Shown here in pieces: positions 44,644 to 58,192 of a stretch of 64,000 nucleotides of DNA. A program made the translations under genes and the position numbers. Position 1 is the first letter of the stretch. Every line of letters begins with the position of its first letter. The DNA is taken from positions 14,508,001 through 14,572,000 of the forward strand of contig OZ059895.1 in NCBI GenBank assembly GCA_964057225.1, in the 5' to 3' direction. This DNA comes from Auanema rhodensis. Its lineage: Eukaryota; Animalia; Nematoda. Below the pieces are notes generated by a model. That model made no database searches, was not told the DNA's origin, and saw nothing but the letters and a program-made list of their open reading frames with translations.

Positions 44644-45630
44644 ATGTCGGGTTTGAAGTTGAATCCTGCTGTGGCCAAAGAAACAAGTAATGGACAAATA
44701 TTGTGTCTAGTTTGCAATACACAGGTTAGAAAATGTGAAAAAAACCATTTTAGAAAACAATACTTAGGTGAAAGCGAAAGTATGGTTAGCTCATCAAAAC
44801 GGCAGAAAACACAAAGAATCAGTAGAACTCTTAAAAAGAGAGCTACATGCTCCTAAACGGGTTATTCTGCGAACTGAGGATGAAGCTCCTCCTGCTAAGA
44901 AGCTTAAAGGTATCCTCATCAGACTTCTATTTTTTATTCGTTTTTGCTTGTAGATGAAGAAGATTTTGCCGCAGCAAACACCTCAGCTATACCATCAGAT
45001 TTCTTCGATGATGGAAAACTAAAGTTAGTAATAATCAAATAATCTTCAATAAGCCTTTATTCACAGTATACAAACTCCATGGCAGAAGGCACAACAAGAA
45101 GAGAGAGAAGCAATTAGGGAATTACGAGGTGTCATAGAAGGGGTTCCACAAGGTTTCTTTGACGATAAGAAAAAGGATAATATGGTTGGATTTATTCATA
45201 TCTTTTTGTTTATAATATAATTTTCTATAAGGTTCGAGAAACAGTAGAAAAAAATGCTCAAATGGATGAGGAATATGATAAATTTATGAGAGAAGTTAAC
45301 GAGCAAACAACAGAAGAAGAGATGAAGGTATGCTCTTTCAACACAATTAAAATTTTTGTTGTAATTTCAGGCTGATGAAGAAGCTGAGCGAGAGTACATA
45401 ATTAGAGATATTGAAAACATCGATGCACAAATGAATGAACTGAAAAGGCTAAATGAGATGGAAATTAGGAAAGAGCAAATTCTGAATCAGGTTTGTATGA
45501 TATGTTGTGTCACTGTTTAACATTTTAATTTTAGCGGAAGGAAAAGAAGAAGAGAGCACAAGTAGAGAGTGATGATGAGGATTGTGAAGATCTCGACTTT
45601 GATAATTGGAGAGCTAAGAAAATCTTATAA
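44644..45630 (+). CDS. ZNF830/CCDC16-like spliceosome-associated zinc finger protein
   Basis: CLVC...WLAHQNGRKH matrin-type finger, IPSDFFD and VPQGFFDD motifs, coiled coil; ends DNWRAKKIL*. Confidence 0.88.
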
Positions 45631-46066
45631 ACCTTTGTACACTACAAACTTATAAAAATCTGTTTAAAAGATTTATTTTGTGTTTATTTATAAATCGCAT
45701 TACATTCGTTGTGAACGAGATCAGTTGTTCGCTCTTCGATAACTCTAAGTTCATGTACAACATGTAACAAACTGGGAACATATAAGTGACAAAGATGTTA
45801 TAACTACTTCAGGATATATATGAAAATCATTGAAAACAAGGTGAGATATCATAACTAAAAAGTTATAGTTCTATTAGGGATATGAAACCGGAGATACAAA
45901 CATTACGAAAGTACAAAACTAGATATCTAAGACTGATATTCGGTATCCCGTTAATAAAAATAAATGCTCTGAGTGCAATGTGAGATTTGGTTATATGCTC
46001 GACAACAAGCACCGTGTCGAAAAACAAAAGAACCGTTTAACGTTTGAAAGATGTATTAGATGTAGC

Positions 46067-49000
46067 TTAATCCTCGTCACTGGACAAGATTTCTCCATCG
46101 GATAGTTCAGCATCAGGAGGACGAGGAACCTATACGACAATGATGTGGCATTAATAAAACTGAAACGATATACCTTGGGTGGTTTAACAACAACAACAGG
46201 AGGAGGGCTTGCGGGCTTTTCTTTCTTTGGTGGTGGAGGAGTATGTTGGAATTTCTCGCGTAGTTTGTCCCTGGAAGGGGATCGTTGTCTTTTCTCACGA
46301 TCACCTTGATCACGTCTGGGTAAGCGACTCATAGGAGAGCGTGGCTTCCTATTCGGGACCTGAAAAAAAAAAGCTTAAGAAAAGTAGGCTTGTTGAATAT
46401 ACCTTAAATTCTCCTCTATCTATATTACGACGCATAGGTTCACGATGAGATTCACGTGGTTCACGATCGAAGTCACGATTAGGACGTGTACGATCCCGAA
46501 CCCTGTCTCTTTCGTGATCACGTTCTCGTTCTCGGTAAAGAGGGGGTTCTAATCGTTCTTTACCACCAGCAGCCCTGTCCACTGTCTTATCCCTTGTTTC
46601 TTCTAAGCCTCTCCGCATCACTTGCAAACGATTTACCTATTTCGTAACAGTATTTCTTGTATTTCATTAGAAACAGATACCTCATTAGAAATTTGATTCA
46701 TCTGATGGTGTTGTTTTTCGACTTCTTGAACTTTTGTTCTTAATTTTGCACACAATCGCATGAAAACAGCGCGTAAATCTTCAGGTTCGGACATAGAAAT
46801 AGCTTCTCTAGCCTTTCGTAACTAAATATGTTGTTAAAATAAAGAAAATGGAATACGAACTCACTCTTCCGTTTGTTTTCTCTATTTTTTCAATAATTTG
46901 TCGTATACGATCTTCATCAACAGTTACAAATCGAGGGGGGAGTTTATCGAGTTTAGCCGCATTTAGAAGATCTTGGTCACCTTTGTACTTAGCCAATAAA
47001 TATAAGGGATCTTAATAAAAACACATAAAAACTTCAAAAAAAGTAAACACTAACTGATAAAGCTGGCTTTGTAATTTTCATGGTTTAATATATCAAATGG
47101 AACAGAAACAATCATATTTTCTAGGGGAGAATCAGTACCTAGTATGACATCAACAGCTGAAAATAAAATTTTGGAGATGCTGTTGAAATTTGAAAAAATC
47201 ATACAAATAGGTAATTCAGGCAAGTTGTGAGGATATACTCCTCGTAGGCAAAATTCTCGTCTTAATTGCATGAGTATCATGCCCAATTTGTTCCCACCAA
47301 GGTAAGGGGGGCGGAATGCCATAGGTCGAGAGGAAATATCTAGAAGCTAAAAAGAAGAGCGTATTACTCTACTTGATAAACAGTTAATTACCATTGTAGT
47401 AGTTATATCTAATTCATGCATCCAGACTCTGAGATCAGTTTCCCGCATACCAATAGATAATTCTGCTTCAGCAGAAGAAAAGCGGGAACAATAAACCAGT
47501 AACGCATCACCCGTGTCAAGTAGAGCGCGTAAGAGGGGAGGATGCTGCTCTAACAAGCATTGTAAAGCTTCTTTTATAGCCTTAAGAAGGAACACAATAA
47601 TTTACATATGTTGGGGGAATGTACCTTCTGTCTTCTTTCCATGAACCAACTTTGTACCCGTTCCATGTCTCTGTCTCGGTACTCGATTGTTTCGTGCAAT
47701 CGTTGCCAACACTCCAAGGACGATTTAGTTTCCATTACATACTCAGTATCAGACTTATTGAAACCAAGATATCTTGAAGATTGTGCTATATAAGTGGCTA
47801 TACAAATTCAATTCAAACCTTGCAGCGGTTTGGGCAATTAAGTGAGCAGGAGAAGGCAAAGGTTGTTCGTCATTACCAGATTTAATTTCCGCAGGATACA
47901 GCGGATGCCAAACAGCCTCAGGGGTAAAGCATATTACGTGCTGAGTAATCATAGTAGCAAAATTGGCAGGCATCGGGGTCGCCTTAAAATAAATCATAGC
48001 AATGGTTCAAGAAAATAATCAAGACATACTAAAGGAATACGCTCTACTATATTGCTAGCTAATTTTCCTCTAAGTTCCATAAGCAAAAGACCAGTTTTAT
48101 TACCCACTAAGTTGGCTAACGTTTTGGCATCCTTATTTTCCTATAAGAAATATTCATATATAAATATTGATTACTCGTAAATACCTTGCTTCGCATCCAG
48201 TCAATAAGTTTCGAAGGGCTCACATGAGACTTAGTTAAAAGATTTTGAATTTCATCTTCTCGTGCTGCACATGTCCACATAGGCTCTCCATCTATATCAA
48301 ACATAGAGAGAAACTAAGTTCCAAAAAACTTACAAGTACAGTCTATAATAATAGCATCTCCGGTACTAAGAAGAAGTTGGCGAAGGTAATCGTATTGAGT
48401 AATCTATATAATCAATATTCTGATGATCTGTAAAACAAAAACATACCTTATGTTTCATGGCAGATTGACGCCAACGATCCATTTTGCTCATCTTGCTCTC
48501 AATTTGATCCTCAGGTAGCTAAAGTACATAAGGTCAGAATAGTAAAGCACAGTGAACAACTCACATTTAATTTTTGGAAAACACGTTCTGCGACGACAGG
48601 AACATCTACGGGATTAACAGTTGTACGGATTTTTTCAAGGCATTTATCGCTCAGTTTTAAAGCATCAAATAACTAGAAAAAATACTTATACTGAACTCAA
48701 AACTTCAATTTTACCTTAAGATACGCATAATGTTCAACAGATCGGTACATTTCCTCCTTCATTTCAAATGATAAAGCATAATAATTACTAAGAGGACGAA
48801 AAATTCCCTGAGACATAGTATATAAATAATTTTCTAATAAACAAATCATACTTCTAGAGATATAACTAAATCACATGCAGTGATTCTGAGAGGTTTATCG
48901 TCATTGTCCATAGAGATGCCGTCTAACTCAATGGCTGGTCTCATAAGCAAAGCTGTACGCCTGTTTTGAACAGCTTCACCTCGCAGGAACATCAGCAAAA

Positions 49001-49756
49001 ATCTTGAAAAATTCAGTATTCTTTTGTATCCTTGTAATGATATTTTTCTACCCCAATAAATTAGCGCCTAACGTTCCTGGTCGAGCAGCTTCGTTGCGCA
49101 TCCAGAACGAAAGAGCAGCATAATCGGTTTTTTCCCTTTTCATCCATTCCACAAAACCCGACTCATCAAAGCCTTAACATATGTTGTTGGAATGATGTAC
49201 TATACTATTAATAACCTATCCCAAATTCTCTGTCATTTTTATCACAAACTATGAGAAGAGCATCCTTTGTGTCAAGTAAACCTTTTTCAAACTCTGAATT
49301 GTCTTCGTTATTCAACGTGATTTAATTCTTATAACACCTTTATCTTGTTCCATTCGCTTTCTCAAAGCAATTAATGTATATGATTGACGACTTCCTTGCA
49401 GATAATTAGCAAGTGAATTCATATCATGACCTGCAGGCATATTTTCCAGTAGAAGCTGTCGTGCCTACAAAAGTAAACAACTCAAAAAAATGAAAGGTAT
49501 ATATGAGTAACCTTTCCGGGAACATCGCTACTTTTCTGGCACAATAGTTCTAATATAACTTCCTCACTTATACCAAGCTGAGACAGTATCATTGAGTGGG
49601 TGTAGTGAACAGCACTAGGATATCTTCAAAAAAATGGAGATGTTGATAGCGGAGAATACAGACAAACCTTTTACCACCATCACTGATGGTATGGCTGTAC
49701 CCGCAATGCAGAGTATCAGATTCATTTCCTATTAACACTATTTTCCCTTCATCCAT
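46067..49756 (-). CDS. sna-3: Protein with three tandem NADAR domains and an RE/RD/RS-rich tail; probable SL1 trans-splicing factor SNA-3
   Basis: Three repeats of NADAR motifs: FPSAVHY/YRSVEHY/LPSPAHL; LLDTKDALL/LLSTGDAII/LLDTGDALL; GNKTGLLLMELR and GGNKLGMILMQLR. Tail RERERDHERDR...RSPSR...ELSDGEILSSDED*. Confidence 0.85.
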
Positions 49757-50541
49757 ATCGTGACCCAAGTCTAAACGGAAATTTGAAGATGGGAAATGAC
49801 TATTATAAATATTTATCAAGAACAAGAAATTGAGAACATGCGTTGAAGACTCAAACCTTTAATTATAATAAAGGCATGAGCCAGTAAATCAAAAATTTTA
49901 ATTTAACTTTAATAATTCATACTTTACTCATGAATTAAAGAAAATAATTCAGGGAAATGTCGGTAAAAGTTAACAAGAAAACAAACTGAGAAATTTAAAT
50001 TTAAAAAAAAGCATTATCTGAAATCACGATTGGATACAACGTAACAAAACAATATAAGTACCGCATACCTTAATATCCGTTGAAATGATTCGCAGCGCAA
50101 ATTTGATTATTAAAAATCGACTACTTCAACGATAAGCCTAATTTCAGATCTTCTTATAATTAAGCACTCAGCATAAATCGGTAACAAGCTTTAAGCGTTA
50201 AATGGTCCTGACACGACGCGAACGCGAATGAAACATCGGCCTGAGTATTATATGCGCTAAAGCAGCAAGAGACAGTCCTTTAACAAAAATTGTTATATTC
50301 CATAGAACTAGCCTATAAATTTTTAAAGTTTTTTCTATTGTTTCGGGAATTTTAGAGGACTATTTTTGTTTTATTTTATTAAAATATATTTTCTTTTGGG
50401 TAAAGAGTTTATTTAAGCCCATTAAGTTTTGACGAAAATTGAAAATAATGACTTTTTGCAACTTTTTTTTGTATATTCGCAGACAATGTTGATTGTTTAT
50501 ATTAAGCCTATTAAGTATTTTATTAAAGTCTCTTGGGCAAC

Positions 50542-51468
50542 ATGGCAACTGCCACGCAAATCACTAAGAAGAAGAAGGCCGTCCTCGATGGAGTCTTCAA
50601 GGCTGAGCTTAACAACTTCCTTATGAAGGAGTTGGCTGAAGATGGTTACTCTGGAGTTGAGGTAAGAATACTGATATCAGATTAGTTTTAATAAATTAAT
50701 GTGACAGGTCCGTCGTACCCCTGCTCGTGCTGAGGTTATCATCATGGCTACCCGCACTCAATCCGTTCTCGGAGAGCGTGGACGCCGTATTAAGGAGCTC
50801 ACCTCCGTTGTCCAGAAGCGTTTCGGTTTCGAAGAGGGAACCGTCGAGGTATGAATTTTTGCATATCGAGATGAAAACCGTTTCAATTTACAGCTTTACG
50901 CCGAGAAGGTTTCCAACCGTGGACTCTGCGCTGTTGCTCAGTGCGAGTCTCTCCGCTACAAGCTTGTTGGAGGTCTTGCCGTCCGTCGTGCTTGCTACGG
51001 AGTTCTCCGTTTCATCATGGAGTCCGAAGCTCAAGGTTGCGAGGTTTGTGATTTAAAATTTTTTTATAGTAATTATGTATAAAATTAAAGGTTATCGTCT
51101 CCGGAAAGCTCCGTGGACAGCGTGCTAAGGCCATGAAGTTCGTTGACGGGCTCATGATCCACTCCGGACACCCAGTAAACGACTACATCCAACAGGCCGT
51201 CAGACACGTCCAGCTCCGTCAAGGTGAAATATTAAAATATTAACACGTTTTATAACCGATAATTCCAGGAGTTATCGGAATCAAGGTCAAGATCATGCTT
51301 CCCCACGATCCCCGCGGACAAATGGGACCCAAGCTTGCCCTTCCTGATCATGTCCAGATTCTTGAGCCACTTCCAGAGAACAACCCAGCTGAGCCAAGAT
51401 CTGAGCATATGCAAGAGAAGAAGGACATCATCGTTCCAGTTTTACCAGCTCAACCAGTTCAGCAGTAA
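50542..51468 (+). CDS. rps-3: 40S ribosomal protein S3 (uS3)
   Basis: [64 protein letters not shown] and [11 protein letters not shown]; strong codon bias. Confidence 0.98.
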
Positions 51469-52179
51469 AACGTTGTTATTCGATTCAATAAATTGTTATT
51501 AAATTTGCACATATTAAATGGTTTGTGTTTAGTCAATGTTCTCATACTGCTAAAACACTGGTGGGCGTGGTTTATCTGAGTAGTGGTCTATCCAAGTCAA
51601 CCTTGTCATTCGCCACCTAGTTGTTAGGCCGTATGTCTGCTTTCCTTCAGTTTTCATTTCTGGTTATCTATAAATGGAATTGCCCCCAATTTTTGAAGAT
51701 TATATTTACGGACCATTAAATCGAATGATGAGGTGCTCTTAATGAACGAACACTGTTATCATTTTTTTCTGAGTAAAGTCGTCATTAACCGATAGTTTTC
51801 AGAATCTTTACAATATTTATCAATCTTTAAAAGAGAATGTGAGTTTGAGCAGCTAACGCGTAGTGTTTAGATATTTAACATGCCTCTCTTACCGCCTGTG
51901 AAACGTCGAACAGACGAAGGAGTTGATGATTCCCCGCATGAAAAGTAATATTATTGTATAAGTGTGGTCCTATGGTGCATGCTTGTTTTAATATAAGAGA
52001 AGTTATATATTATTGATTGATTCAATCTTATCATATTACAAAAGTTTCAATGTCGTTTGAAAATATTAACGTCAGTTAAGTGGCATGTGTGTGCCTTGTG
52101 TGTGCGCGTGTTAATAGATCTTTGGCATTTTTTGGTATTTTTCTTTATTGTTTATTTTAGGAAACGAAGCATTGAAGCC

Positions 52180-52718
52180 ATGGTCTCTATCAGCCGTCAG
52201 ATAATCCACTCAACTAATGCACCTGCTGCCATTGGACCTTACAGGTACAGTTACTCGGTATATTTCTTGTATTAACTTTGACTCTGTTTAAGCCAAGCTG
52301 TTCGTGTTAATGAGACTGTTTACCTCAGTGGTTCTATCGGGATGGACCCTAAAACCATGGAACTCAAGGAAGGCATCACTGAGCAGGCTCGTCAATCATT
52401 AAAAAACATAGGAGAGGTTCTTAAAGCTGCCGGTTCTAGTTATAATAATGGTTTATCGTGAAAGTATTTTTTTACTAATCCCATTATTCAGTTGTGAAGA
52501 CAACTGTTCTTCTTGCTGATATGAATGATTTTGCAACAGTTAACGAGATTTACAAGGAATTTTTCACCGATAAGTTCCCTTCAAGAGCTGCTTATCAAGT
52601 CGGCGCATTTATCAAACACTTATAAAACTTTATTTTTTTCTAGGTAGCAGCTTTGCCTAAGCAAGCTTTAATCGAAATTGAAGCTATTGCTGTTGTAGGA
52701 GATATCAAGGACGTCTAG
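52180..52718 (+). CDS. RidA/YjgF/UK114 family enamine-imine deaminase
   Basis: [40 protein letters not shown] and [14 protein letters not shown]...IEIEAIA. Confidence 0.95.
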
Positions 52719-52868
52719 AATGTACGCACAAAGAGTGATAACTGATTGCATTTTTCTCAGCATTCTTTTAATAAAAACTTTTCTTTCTTCTTTTTTTCTG
52801 TTTTCAATCCTTATTTGGATAAAATATGTGTAAATATGATCATTATTGATGAATCTGTCTTTAGTTTT

Positions 52869-53725
52869 ATGGGGAAATGGCGATGGCTGAAGGATTTTTG
52901 TTATCGCTTCGCCCCCTTCGTAAGTGCACGTATTCTTCGTTCTGATTTGAAGCAAATTCCAAAAACAATAGATGTGTGTAAATCAAACTTAGGTAAATTT
53001 TCGTTTCAAAAGGAGGAAATAATCATGTTTTGTAGAAAATCAGGTTAGAGAGACTTATGAATCACTAGAAAATGTCTTGCCCCATATTAACTTTGCTAGG
53101 GCAATCCCTATGGAACAAATCCACACGGCTAGAAATGCATTGACCGAATCCTTGGGTTTTGAATTAATTCGGAAAAAAAGTTTGATAGCAGCTGGTGGCA
53201 GAGGAATATTTGTGAAATCAGGTACTATATAGATAAGAAGGCGGAACTTTTCTTTTCTGTTCAGGCTTGATCAGGAAAAACCATCTGGCTTCTGTATATC
53301 CTGGAACAATATATGAGCCTGGCGATTCTATTCTGCTACAATCTATGGGTAACCACTTTGTACTCCGTTGTATGGATGGCTTGACAGTTGATGGAAATGA
53401 TCGTCGGCTTTCTAGACTAGTTCATCGCTCTTCTAACTTTCGAGATCTAGCGCCATTTGTGTCTGATCAAACGTGGCTCACGGAAACTCCTCTAAATTTT
53501 CTGCATATGGGTCAATATATTAATAATGCTCCTACCAATAACACGCATAATGTACAATATATAGACTTAGATATAACTGGCTGGCCAAAAACTTACCGAA
53601 AATGGTTTCCATATTCTGTATATAACGCTAATTCGAGATATACTGCTTTAAGAATTGTAATACTAGTTGCTGTGCGTGATATTTCTAAAGGAGAAGAGTT
53701 ACTCTCATCGTATATTTCTAGATGA
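52869..53725 (+). CDS. SETD9: SETD9-like SET domain lysine methyltransferase
   Basis: YRFAPF N-terminus, GRGIFV, YPGTIY, QSMGNHFVLRCMDGLTVDGND, MGQYINN and LVAVRDISKGEELLSSY, colinear with the recalled SETD9 sequence. Confidence 0.88.
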
Positions 53726-55051
53726 TGATATATGAGGCTTGTGCTATAGACTTCAATAAACTAAGAATTTTGGTTATCTCTGCTTTTACTTCCTTTGTTG
53801 TTACTATTCTGTGCCTCTTGAGCATTACTAGGATATTCGAAGCCCCAAAGAACAGGAGGCTAAAAAAAATCTTTTTGCTTTATGCTTAGCGTAAACAGTG
53901 CATGCAAGAGCAGATTTTTGTTCTTGTGCTATTCATTGTTATCTGTATCCGAAAGTCTTCTCATCTCAAGGAACATTTTCTTAAAACGAAACAAGAAATA
54001 TTTGCTCTCCGGGTTCTAGGGTCTTGAAGTATGGAACTTTTGAAAATGCTGTAGCAACAACCATGATTGACGTGTTATGAGAGCATCCGTTGTTTTTCAA
54101 GAACTAATAGAGAGTTTGGTGTATTCTCGGTGACAACCAAAATCTTTCCTAATACTTGGTTCAAGCTTTCATGTTCATTGTGCTTAGAAATATTTTAATG
54201 TACAACGTCTATAGATCTCTCATTCTCAGGAGTTCTGACTACGTCGGAAGTAATAAGAGACACGATCTATTAGCCCCGTCTTTACCATAAATCACTCAAA
54301 AAGCCATCGTGTATCTGGACACCACGTTATTGACTCAATTTTTGAGCTGAGCTATTTACGGAATCGGCAATCACGTCACTGAAAAATGAGTAAACCATAT
54401 GGTTGAAGTGCATGGAGAGTGGATTAGTTCCAGCTCGCCGCTAGATGGCACAGACGTTTTTGCTATAGATTTCATTTCATGCACTGTTCTTCAGTTTATT
54501 AAAGGATTGCCTCATATCACATTCATAATTAAAAGAGCATGTTTTTAATGTATATGTATAACCAACGTATCGAAACTAACAGCTCTAGACAGCCCCAAGG
54601 GAGACCCTTTTTTTCATTCATCCTCTTCCATCTTGCTGCAATACGAATTGCCAGTCCAAATCCTAACGCATTCGACCCATTTTATGTTTTAAATAATTTT
54701 TTAGTCTGCTTACTACGAAACTATTCGTCTATTTTTCTAATAGATCATCACCTGGAAATTTATCTTAGTATTCAAAGTTTATTATCAGATCGACTGAAGA
54801 AAAAGAGATTAGATATTCAGTTATCTATCGCTTTGTCCAATCATTCACCCTCCAGCATTTTTAGTTTATCCTTTCTTCCAACTATACTAACTCACTATTC
54901 TAAGAATATATATCTTCTACAATGACTACAAAAACCAAGAATAGGTAGGTGTAAATAAGTAAAAATAATCATAAATAACCATATATGTTATCGAAGTCCA
55001 TGTCAGATTAATGTGTTTTTACTATTTTACCTCTGAATGCTCCAAAACATT

Positions 55052-55125
55052 TGCCGCCAGCAGGGGTCGAACCTGCGACCTTGGGCTTATTAGACCCACG
55101 CTCTAACCGACTGAGCTATGGCGGC
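55052..55125 (-). tRNA. tRNA-Ile (anticodon AAT)
   Basis: Reverse complement GCCGCCATAGCTCAGTCGGTTAGAGCGTGGGTCTAATAAGCCCAAGGTCGCAGGTTCGACCCCTGCTGGCGGCA folds as a cloverleaf; TTTT follows. Confidence 0.97.
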
Positions 55126-57391
55126 TATGAATACGACATTTCAAACATTTTTCAAATATAATTTCGGTTCACTCAAAGTTTGGTTATTATGCTAATTAGC
55201 ATACAATCCTTGTATTCGTGCAACTTCCATTTGTCTATTTGATGAACAATTACGTTTATTACTCTTCTGGGATATTCATATGGCACTCTGCCTTACTAAT
55301 GTTCTTGGAATTTTCGAACATTTTTCTTCATCACATGCTTCAAAGTACTAATTTTGCTTAATAAAACATAAATTCTTCTCATGATATAAGCAACTTTATC
55401 AAACAAACTTAGTTATATCATTGAGAGTCACTTTGTAACGTTCAGTGCATTTCTTTAGTTGTTGTAAAACAATAAAATAAGAATGTGACGTCAGAAAGTT
55501 TTCAATGATTTGTTTTATTTCTGAGAAAAAGGCCAAGTTCGAGAAGAAGAGTTACTTTAATGTTGTTGCCTGCAATAATATAACTTAAACGCTCATAATT
55601 TGAATTCTGAATTGTGACATATTTAGCTGTATTTGCACTCTATTCAAAGAATTGAAGCTTTCAACACTCTTTGAGCCACTTCCTAATAACTTGCTGCAAT
55701 TGAAAAGGTCTTTTCACTGTTATGTGCTGGCACTTAACTCGTTCTCTGAATTACACGTCCTAATTCTAAACATTGTAAGCTTCAACAACTGTTGCTCACT
55801 GTTTTATTCTCATTATTATGTATTCCTTTTTTAAAGGACCATTTGCTTCTTTCTTGAATAAATAGAAACTATACTACTCTCATGTGTTTAGTATTCCATT
55901 CAACTTTGAGTAAGCTTTCTCTCTCTTTATCTCAGCTCTGTCATCATCTGCCCATCTCTGAACTGAAAGACTGCCCTTCTCATTTTTTGTTACTCACAAT
56001 CGAGATAAGAAGCGATGTACACATATACCTCTTGGAAATCGTAATACAATCTTTTTTCTTGTCAAGTGTCATATTCATCTTTTGCCTTTTATTTTGCTGA
56101 TCATTCTTTTTTCTCAATGTCAACTGACCTATTAGCCCCAACGGAGTTAGAAATCATGTCCAGCAAGTTATCAGCTTATCTACCATCACAACTCTAGTTA
56201 GAATAATATATACTAGAACTTTCATATTTCATCACATTTTCATTTTATTTTTTTTCTTCAAAAGTTTCCTGATGATTTATGAGCTGAGTATGATTTGACG
56301 TTGTGCGTCTGCCATCATGAAGCGAATGAGAAAGATCCATGAAATCCCCTCATGACTCTAGAGGTGCCTATGTTTGGCTGGTCCTTTGAGACAATTTATA
56401 GCATTTCTTGAAAGCTTATTCTTCTCTGATACTTTTTACACTCTAATTAACCCCTGACAACCAAACTTCTGCGAAAGAATTATATTTTTTGTTATGATAT
56501 TCGTCTATTTATTTCAAATATTCCCAAATCAAATTTTCCATCTAGGGTTTAATCAAAATGTTTGACAAGTTTATTTGAAACCGCAAACATTCCAGCTTCA
56601 AAGTCAATAAAAGACACTACTTACTATAAAACTTTGGAAATTTAAATAATCTAAAACTTTTTTTCTCAAACTAAATTGGTAAACCTTTTTCTAATATTAT
56701 ATTTTTGATGTTTGATATTCATTTTAGCAAGAAAATATTAAAAAGAGGAGAGATAGATGAAGAGAGAAAGCAGAAAAAAGAGAAAGAAAGTTCGTTTTTC
56801 TATTTAGCTTGAACGAAAAGTTCAGTTTTTCTGCAAGCTCTCTTCATTACAAGCTGGAACATTCACAATGCCATATAGTGTGGCTTTCATCGACTTTTTC
56901 ACTTTGAGTATATAGATGTGTTTACTTTTTACCTACACAAACATCTGTAAAGCTCTCTAGATTAGGAATGACGTTTTAGTTTGATGTTTCAGAGCAACTA
57001 GTAAGTCCCTAGGCGATACAGAGCCTTGAAAAGCTCCGCCTAAAATTGCTAGAACGGCCACGTCAAATCGAGATTCTGCTTTTGAAAACACGCCAGATGT
57101 GGTGTTAGGTCACATGCTTGATTACATATTTTGATAACTCCAGTTTTGAATTTTACTTCTCAGAAATAACTCGAACTTTCGAGTTATTTTGAAGCTCACT
57201 AAGTTCAAGCGTTATCTGCAGATGTGTTACTAGTATTTCAATATTTTTCTGACAACCGAACTGTTCCTCTACAGACTTTAATATTTTAAAACTTTTCTTT
57301 AATATCAATTTAGTTGAAGTTATGTGATTTTTATAGAAAAAATATGACAACTAGTGAAAAACGAATTGAACGCTACTGCACACTAGATCCC

Positions 57392-58004
57392 ATGGATTTT
57401 TTTTCTTTTCCTCCCAAGTAAGTCTATCTTCCACATGTTTTAAGTTCGAAATTTACTCCTTTTTCACTAAATTGTTAAAACAATACTAAATAATTCTAGA
57501 GAAGCACCATCTCCTTTACCTGTTTTGGCGTTAAACATCTATCCCCCTATAGCAGAGTTTATCGACTTCGGCGGAGCTTCAAAGCATGTCATGACTAACA
57601 GTGGAGGAGCAAGAATTGTTTTGAAAGTTAAATGTAGCAATAATTCTTTATTTAAAGTTTGTTTTCCTTGATTTGCCATTGACATTACTTTCATTATAAG
57701 GTTTCTCCAGTCTGCGCTTTCCTAGATCCTGGAGCATCAATGGACCTTCAAGTTTGTAATTCAATTTTTCTCAAAGTTACCTAGATTTTTGAAGATATTA
57801 CGACATGAAGGCCCAACCCGAAATGACAAGTTGGTAATAATGTACAAAGAAGCTCGGAAAGGAGAAAAGAATGCCAAAAAGAATTTTCAGTTAACTGAAG
57901 GTGTGACAGCAAAGAAGGTTCTTCCTCTAATTACGGTATGCGAGTTTCAAGTTTCAATGAATTTCAATAACTTCTTTCAGAGAGATCCTGATGAAGGATC
58001 ATGA
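57392..58004 (+). CDS. Small MSP (major sperm protein) domain protein, SSP-like
   Basis: Five exons: ALNIYPPIAEF...GGASKHVMTNSGGARIVLKVKCSNNSLFKVSPVCAFLDPG...ILRHEGPTRNDKLVI. Confidence 0.85.
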
Positions 58005-58192
58005 CGTGATCTAGACTAGATTGGAATACTCGTTGAAACCCAAAAAACACATTTCAAATCATATTTATGTGTATATAGATATTTTCAAATTTTAATGAAA
58101 TTTTACTTGACACCAATTAGCAACCGTTGTGAGAAAATAAGATCAACTTGAAATAACAAGTATAGTACAAACATAACAGTTAAAATAAGTTG

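Noticed and set aside
51724-51773. Box C (ATGATGA) ... box D (CTGA) snoRNA-like pattern
   Set aside because: Only ~50 nt, with no terminal stem and no rRNA-complementary guide that I could identify.
54438-54451. CTCF-like motif CCGCTAGATGGCAC
   Set aside because: Single short match, and CTCF is reported lost in rhabditid nematodes.
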